From the human T2T-CHM13v2.0 reference genome, Homo sapiens: a stretch of DNA of 64,000 nucleotides. Below the pieces are notes generated by a model. The model searched no databases and was not told the DNA's origin. It saw nothing but the letters and a program-made list of their open reading frames with translations. Shown here piece after piece: positions 56,471 to 64,000 of the stretch; the stretch's first letter is position 1, and each line of letters starts with the position of its first letter. The stretch is taken from NCBI RefSeq assembly GCF_009914755.1, contig NC_060931.1. One strand, written 5' to 3'. Position numbers and translations under genes: made by a program.

Positions 56471-57185
56471 AGCATCCAACTTTAATTGTGGAAGACAGAG
56501 TAATAAATATTTGACAATAAACAATGGCTCCTAAATTAAGAACATCTGAGAAGATGCAAAGTGATACATGAATTCCTGTTGAGAACTATGTAACTGGCAG
56601 CAGTAGGAGGCAGACTTTTAATAATAGTAATAAAATGTGTGCCTTTTGGAAAAGAACAGTGAATTAGAGACTGAGAGCATGGACTAAGCTCAGAGGTGAG
56701 GAAAGCTTCGCAGACCTAGGATAGAGAGATACGATCCTGGGCATTTGTGTGAGCATGAGCAAGCCAAACATCAGTTAGTCTCAAAGGCAACAGCTGCCCG
56801 GACTTCAAGGGGTAACCCTGAGAATCTGATTGATGAAGAGAACACTCCTTTCCCCAAATCGCAAGAAGAACTCAGCCTGTGCTCATGACAGAACACAAAA
56901 AAAGAGAAACTTGGGTCAGGCCTACAGCCAGAGAGACTAGCCAAGGAAAAGGTAGAGGAAACCAGGAGAGCTGGGAAAAGATAGTTAAGTCTTTCCCAGT
57001 GAAGGTTCCACAATGCACCAATCACTCTAGGTGCTCCTGGTAACATGAGTTCTGTGGCCAAATGACTTTGAGAGATACTACTTCCTACATTTGTCATCTC
57101 ACTCATAGCTCAGAGATTCATAATACCCATTAGTATATTAAATGCACTATCAAATGCTATAGTCAAGATATCCACTTAACTCAAG

Positions 57186-57471
57186 GGCTGGATAGAGTGG
57201 CTCATGCCTGTAATCCCAGTGCTGTGGGAGGCCAAGGCAGGAGGATCACTTAAGCCCAGGAGGAGCCCAGCGTGTACAACACAGCAAGACCTCATCTCTA
57301 CACAAAATTTTTAAAAATTTAGCTTAGAGAGAAAGGGCACCTGTAGCCCCAGCGACTCCAGAGGCTGAGGTGGGAGGATCATCTGAGCTTAGGACTTCAA
57401 GGTTACAGTGAGCTATGATGGCACCAGTGCACTCCAGCCTGGGTGGCAGAGTGAGACCCTATCTCTAAAAA
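57186..57471 (+). mobile_element. Diverged AluJ-like element
   Basis: Sense Alu consensus with a short tail. Confidence 0.92.
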
Positions 57472-58067
57472 TCTTAATCTCTACATATCTATACATCTGC
57501 TCAACTCAGATTTGCTCAAACATATTTGACTAAAGAAAGCTTTTGTTTTAAAAAAAAGTCCTGCAGAATTTTTGTTCTAAGAAATAAAGTTTGGGAAATA
57601 CTGGACTAACTAACTGATGCTTAAATCTGTACCAAGGCAAGGACCAGCAAGAGGTCTCCTACACGTGTCATGCTTCATGTGAATATCATTTGTCTCTTGA
57701 GACCCCCACACTTTAATGAGAGTGAACATTTATTTCCCAGCCTGTGGATTAAAAGGGGTTTTGAGGGAATAGAACTTTCTCCAGAGGGCCTTCCTCTCCT
57801 GCTGAAGGTGATCTCAGGTGTGAGTAGTGGCCCTAGCCAAAGGCCATGTCTCAGGGAAGGGGGTTGGGCACCTCTGTCCACTAGAACACCCAAGGGGCCT
57901 TGGAACCTGTGGACTCAGACTATGAGGCCAGAGCCAACCAGGAGTGGGGCCGATGGAGGCCTCCTGGTCTGCTCTCGGTCACTCTTGGCACCAAAAACAC
58001 CTAATACGCTCCAGAGGATACATGAGTGAGTTTATGAATGATGGAAGAAAAATATTACAGGTGGATT

Positions 58068-58306
58068 TCTTTCTTTTCTTTTCTGAAACCTCCCCCTTCC
58101 AGGTTCAAGCAATTCTCCTGCCTCAGCCTCCCAAGCAGCTGGGACTACAGGCATACACCACCACGCCTGGCTAATTTTTGAATTTTTAGTAGAGATGGAG
58201 TTTCACCATGTTGGCCAGGCTAGTCTCAAACTCCTGACCTCAGATGATCTGCCCACCTCAGCCTCCCAAAGTGCTGGGATTATAGGTGTGAGCCACCACA
58301 CCTGGC
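58068..58306 (-). mobile_element. AluS with an internal deletion in the right arm
   Basis: The tail joins almost directly to aacctcc (about 60 bp missing). TSD AGGTGGATTT on both sides. Confidence 0.9.
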
Positions 58307-58389
58307 ATAGGTGGATTTTTTTTCAATAAAACATAGACATTCTTATAACAATCACCAGCATACTGAAAATCATAGAGATGAAAGCTAAG

Positions 58390-58600
58390 CCTCATTGAGT
58401 TGTCATTATGTGCCAGGCAATGAGCTAAGAATTTTATGTGCACTTTCTTATTTATTCATTATAACCACCCAGCCAATGGGCACTAGGATATTCCCATTTT
58501 GTCGATGAAGAAACGGAAATACGCAGAGATTAAATAACTTGTCCAAAGTCAAGTGGCAGAGCCAGAATCCGGAAGCAGAGCTGTGATTCTAGCCCTGACC
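58390..58600 (-). mobile_element. MIR SINE
   Basis: ttcccattttgtcgatgaagaaacggaa...cagagattaaataacttgtccaaagtca. Confidence 0.8.
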
Positions 58601-60326
58601 CACCTTCAAGCCACCCAGCTTGCAACTGGATAGCCTTCTGCACCAGCTGGAATCCTTTTGGAGAAGGATATATTCTCTACCTGTTCCTCCACCTCTTCAT
58701 TGTTTTTCTGGACTTTGTCTAAATAAGTATTCAGATAATCTCCCCTTAGCCATTGTGCATCCCTTCAAAACCATCGCATACGTCTCTGAGTCAGTTTCAA
58801 ATTGATGTCTCCATTGTCTGCTTGTAATATCTGAAATGCACTTGAAAGACTCATATGAGATATGTAAATAAATGCCATTTGTAATTTACCCTTTTATACC
58901 TATATTGCATTTAGTAAAGTCACATGACATCATTAATGCTAACTAGTCATCGTGAACAAGGGCATAAATTAATGTGCATCAATTTACTTTTGAAAACGTC
59001 CCATTGATATTCAAACGGAGTGTAAAATGTACTTAAGTATCAACATTTCTGGTCTGTTTTCCACAGAACTCAAGAGCAAGTCAATCAGTGCTCATGGAAT
59101 TTAACCATTTCCATTAGGATACCATCCCTAGGGGACAGGGGAGTGGGTTGGAACAGTGTGAGTCAACTTCTACCAACACCTGGCCTGTTGAGAGGGGTGA
59201 GGTGGTCAAGGCCCACCCACCACCCCCACCCACAAATGAGGATCAGTGGTAGTCTTAAGAAAGAGCCCAAAGACTCCAGCCTCCAGACCAGAGTCCTTGT
59301 AATGACCTCACTCAAAAGCGTAAGGAGAATGTGCCCTTCAAACTGACATCTTTTTCTTCCCTGATCCCTAACTCCATGAGAAAGTTGGGTTTCTGGAGCA
59401 ATTCCCACAGCAGGACCACACTCTTTTCAACACCCTTCAAGCTGGAGTTTGCTCTCACTTTACCACTGCAGAGCTTCCAGAACAAGGCCTTCCCTCGGCC
59501 CTTCTCTGATTGTGTACAGGGACTGGCTCTGTGTGGGGCATGCAGTGGGCGCTTACTAAACAGACATGGTGGGACAGGAGCTGGAAGCTAGCAGAGAAGC
59601 AGCCCTGGCCCTGTCTGTCCACCCTGTGGAGTCTCCTCATGTGCTGCTAAGTGGATGATTATAGGTGGTTGTCTTTAAAAATGGCACTTAGAGTGCCCCG
59701 AAAGTAACAGGACACCGGCGCTAAGTTAGGAGAAGGCGCAATAATTGTCAGGACAATTGCCAGAGACAGATGCTTAATGGAGTTCAGGATTAGAGACCTG
59801 CCAGCGCTTTCCTTAACTACTGGCCCTTGGGTTTCCTCAGCTTTTCTCCTGCTCCACATCCTCCCTCACCCACCCCTGCTCTACCTCCACATCATAGCTC
59901 TTCTTCTCTATTCTGGGGCAGAGAGAAGGAAAATGAGCCAGTTTTCCCTCTGCTCTAGAAGTCCTGGAAGATGAGGGACCAAAAGTTTCTTCAGCTACCC
60001 AATCTGTGATAACTTCATATATCCAATGAGGTTGGACTCAAATGGATTCAGACTCCTTCCCTGGAGTGGAAGCAGAGTTACAGAGAAAAATCCAGAGACA
60101 ACATAGCTCTCTCTGATTAGGGTGGGAGACCACAGCCTCCTGGGCCCTCCATCCCCTGGAAGGCAGTGCTCCTTACTATGAAGGGAGTCTCTGCCTGAGT
60201 ACTTTCTAGAGGCTTTGAGATGATAGATAGGGGAAGCACAGAATCCTGGGTAGCTGGTGCCTGGAGCTCAACTGGCCTTTAGCCACCAAGCAGTGGTTTG
60301 TCCAGGCTTCCCTGCCCCTAACAACG

Positions 60327-60603
60327 TTTTTGTTTGTTTGTTTTGGACATAGAGTCTCACTCTGTCACCTAAGCCGGGGTGAAGTGGCATGATCTCGGCT
60401 CACTGCAACCTCTGCCGCCTGGGTTCAAGTGATGCTCATGCCTCAGCCTTCCAGGTAGCTGAGACTATAGGCACGCACAATAAGGCCTGGCTAACTTTTT
60501 GTATTTTTAGTAAAGATGGGGTTTCACCGTGTTGTCCAGGCTGTTCTCGAACTCCTGAGCTCAGGCAATCTGCCCGCCTTGGTCTCCCAAAGTGCTAGGA
60601 TTA
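60327..60603 (-). mobile_element. Alu lacking about 25 bp of its 5' end
   Basis: Antisense Alu with a (TTTG)n tail, flanked by taacaa[c/t]. Confidence 0.92.
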
Positions 60604-60649
60604 ACAATACATTTTCTAATTGTAATAAGAATAATGATAATGATGACAG

Positions 60650-60850
60650 CAACCACAACTTACTAAAAGCCTACTACGTGCTAGGCACTTTACATATATT
60701 AACTTCAATCCTAAAAGTGCTGAAAGAGAGTTATCATCACTTTAATTTTCTACATAAAAAACCAAAGCATGAACTGCTTGAGTGAGTTGCTCCAGGTGGC
60801 ACAGCTGGTGAGTACTAAGGACGGGTATGAAAAGCCAAGTCCGTGATCTG
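60650..60850 (-). mobile_element. MIR SINE
   Basis: gcctactacgtgctaggcactttacatatattaacttcaatcct...gttgctccaggtggcacagctggt. Confidence 0.7.
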
Positions 60851-62813
60851 TTCATGACCCCCCCCGGAGCCTCCATCCTGCACATGCTTATACTTTCTGG
60901 TCACCCCCATGGTCTGTCTGAGAGATGCCAGGCCACTGTGGTGATCATACTCAGATGTCAGAGACTTTTGCCTACACCAGTGACCATGTAGAAACACGTC
61001 AGTCAGAAAAAAACAGTGGGGGTGGTGGGCTGCTACCCTGCCTACTCCCTCTGTGAGGTGAGGCTGGTGCCACCCAGGGCTCCATGTACCCCGGGATGCC
61101 CTAGAGGTTGCAAAGGGGCACTTGTCCCACCTTGTGTCAGGCTACAACAAAGGAGAAGTAAACCAAGGGACCTCCTTCATGGGGCCGAGGCTGGTTCTGA
61201 GTTCTGATCACATCTGCACTGCTCCACCACCCCATCCCCAGAGACTCCTTCTGCCTTCTATGGCTGGTTCTGACACCCAAGAGTGGGGCGTACCACTTTT
61301 TACTGGAAAGTCAAGATGATGGATAGTATCTCTTGCTCTCACAGAGGGCTCCCCATTCCTCGTTGGAGGAGGGGGCTGGGAAAGGCATTGCAGAAGGAGC
61401 TGAGCCCTATATTCAAGCTCAGCTCCTCCCCCAAACTGCTGGTGACTCTGGATGACCTGCTCCCTCCTCTGTGCTTCAGTTTCCACACTGATCACAAAGT
61501 GCAGTAGGAGCGTGTTGCGCCAGATAAGCCAGTAGCGTTTTCCAGGCCTAAGGTTTTAGGGTACAGTGGACAATTCAGCACCTACTGACTGTAGGAAACT
61601 AGGGAGGGAAGTCACTTCCCCTCTGGTTCCTCCAGTTCTGCCGTGGTAAAATGCAGACATCCTGCCTTGATTGAGAATGAAGTGGGAAGTGGGAATATCT
61701 CAGTAATGACATTCTGGAACCTTCAGAATCTGTTCCAGACAAATGGGAAGGCTCCCACCTGAGTGAAATTGGGTGAAACATTGAGACAGCTTTTCTGTTT
61801 TTGTGAATGTCTGAGGTGGCTCCATTTCCTGTCACTCATTCCTCAGCCCTGTGCTTCAAGTTTGCTCTCCCAGGAGCTATCAGACATAGGCCAGCCTGGG
61901 TGCCAGGAGCAAACATCCACGTGGGCTTGTCACCGTGTCAGCCATCCAAACACTAACTGGAGTGTACAGCTCGGCCCCCACAGGGGCAGAGAGGATGGCA
62001 GAGAGACGGTTGCATCACCATCCAGTGCACCTTACATGAGACATGCCCACAGACACAGTGCTGAGGGCAGGACTCATTTTCACAGGAGCCCAGCACCTTT
62101 GGCTGCAGACAGTATCTCCACAACAGCCTCTTCTATCAAATCAATGTCTATAGACCTCCAAGACTGTCAGACTTCACATCACCTTCCTCAGAACATCCTG
62201 GGAGGCAGGGTGGAGACAGGGACAGACACTGAGGTGCAAAGAAATGGTAATGACTCCTTCATCACACAGGGGGTCCCTGGTGGAGGCAACATCCACTTAG
62301 GGGTCCCAAGCCTCAAGCGATGTTGCCTTCTTAGACCATGATACTACCTCCCCGTTGAACTATAGCTCCTTCTGAAGCTCTCAGCATGGTAAAAAACAAT
62401 CACGATGCCTCCTCTCACCTCTTCCCTCCAGAGAGGCTGGCTTCACTATCTTTCAATTTCACAACCCCAAACAAAGAACTTGCAAATAAATAGAAGAAGG
62501 AAAGGGACAGGACAACATGGACAGGCCTCCCCTTCTCCTCTTGTATGCCCATCTGACCACTCTCTTTTAAAATGCAACCCTTTCACCCTCACAAGGATCC
62601 TGACTCCACTTAATCCACTTGATTTCCTTTTTCTGGAGTGTTTATCACCTGCTAACCTAGTCTCTGATTTATTTCTTAGGTTGGTTCCTTCTTTGCTGCT
62701 TCCTTTTGCTAAAAGCATAGGGATATGTCACTCTTTCTTCATGGTTGTATTCCCAATGCCTTGACTGGTGCTTGGCACATAGTAGGAGGGAGCTTAGGGA
62801 ATGCATCTTTTAA

Positions 62814-63182
<369 letters not shown>

Positions 63183-64000
63183 TGTTTCCTAAACGAATGA
63201 ATGAATCAGGCCTGAGTAATATGCTATAAAGCAAGGTGGCCCTCGCCACTTCACTACTGGTTTACGCTGGAAGGAGCCAGGCAAGGCTGCTATCCTGGGC
63301 AATGCCTATGGGCAGGGAACTCACCTCCAGGCCCACCTCCTCAGGCCCCACAGGCGTCCGCATCCTGCTTTATAGCAAGGACTTGAGCACCGGCAGCTCA
63401 GAAGGACAGGCTGCAGGAGTCCCCCAGCACCTGGAAGCAGACCCACTGTGAACAGGAGTCAGTAAAACAAAGGACACCATAAAAGATGGCTTTGGTCCAA
63501 ACATCGCTGAAACAGATCCCCAAAGCAGAAATGTGTGTTTGAGGCTTCTGGCTTCCAGGAAGGAAAGGGCTGGTGTGTGGAGAGGCAGATACATTGAAAT
63601 TCACTGAGAAATCTGCCACTTCCTCTGGGTCTATCAAAGAAGATACTCGCCTTGTCTGGGGGACAGCTGCTTCTCCCCTGGTAGGGGTCACTCCAGGGCA
63701 CCCAAGAACAAGGATGGTCCCAGCTCTGCCACCTCATCTTCTCATTTATCTGCCTCACTGACATTTCCCCTCACCTCCTTCCCATTGGCTTGGCAGGTTT
63801 TTATCACACTGGTTTCAGTGTGTATAGACATTCCCTTGGGGTTACTGGAATTTTAGTAAATACACACCACACTCATATACATGCATACACATACAAAGCA
63901 AGAAGGGGGCTAACAGAGACACACAGACAGGGATAGACACAGGGGAAGGGGTGGGTGTGCATGTGCACACACAGCTGAGAGATATCCAGAATCATGCAGA

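Noticed and set aside
61568-61582. REST/RE1-like half sites (GGACAA-TTCAGCACC)
   Set aside because: The half sites are in flipped order and the right half is imperfect, which is too weak without ChIP data.
61763-62341. Longest ORF in the track (192 aa, + strand)
   Set aside because: It starts at a non-ATG codon, has no recognisable domain, and is within chance expectation for six frames of 64 kb.

Overview
Human (primate) genomic DNA from inside the plexin A4 gene (PLXNA4), transcribed on the minus strand. Three coding exons are visible, all with canonical AG/GT boundaries and compatible phases: 14383-14483 (first half of PSI-1, missed by the ORF track), 1663-1786 (rest of PSI-1) and 768-921 (first Ig-like/TIG segment). 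From memory these are exons 5-7 of the canonical transcript. Positions 14484-64000 appear to be one very large intron. The non-coding part carries ordinary mammalian repeats (about 13 Alu pieces, old and young L1 3' ends, MIR, L2, MLT1 LTRs, Tigger and hAT DNA transposons, microsatellites). I found no new protein-coding system, RNA gene, CRISPR array or prokaryotic element. The most unusual structures read directly from the sequence are: (1) a ~295 bp, ~91% identical non-Alu inverted duplication (34296-34590 vs 42394-42689) with a hairpin at one junction and a G4 motif at the other; (2) a ~86% identical direct duplication (10574-10766 vs 13221-13383) with a microhomology-bounded 30 bp indel and a patchwork junction; (3) a perfect 14-bp-arm AT-rich palindrome; (4) an alternating-orientation Alu cluster joined to a young L1PA 3' fragment; (5) several motif-dense candidate enhancers. 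Repeat subfamily names come from recalled consensus motifs, repeat boundaries are approximate, and identities were counted by eye.
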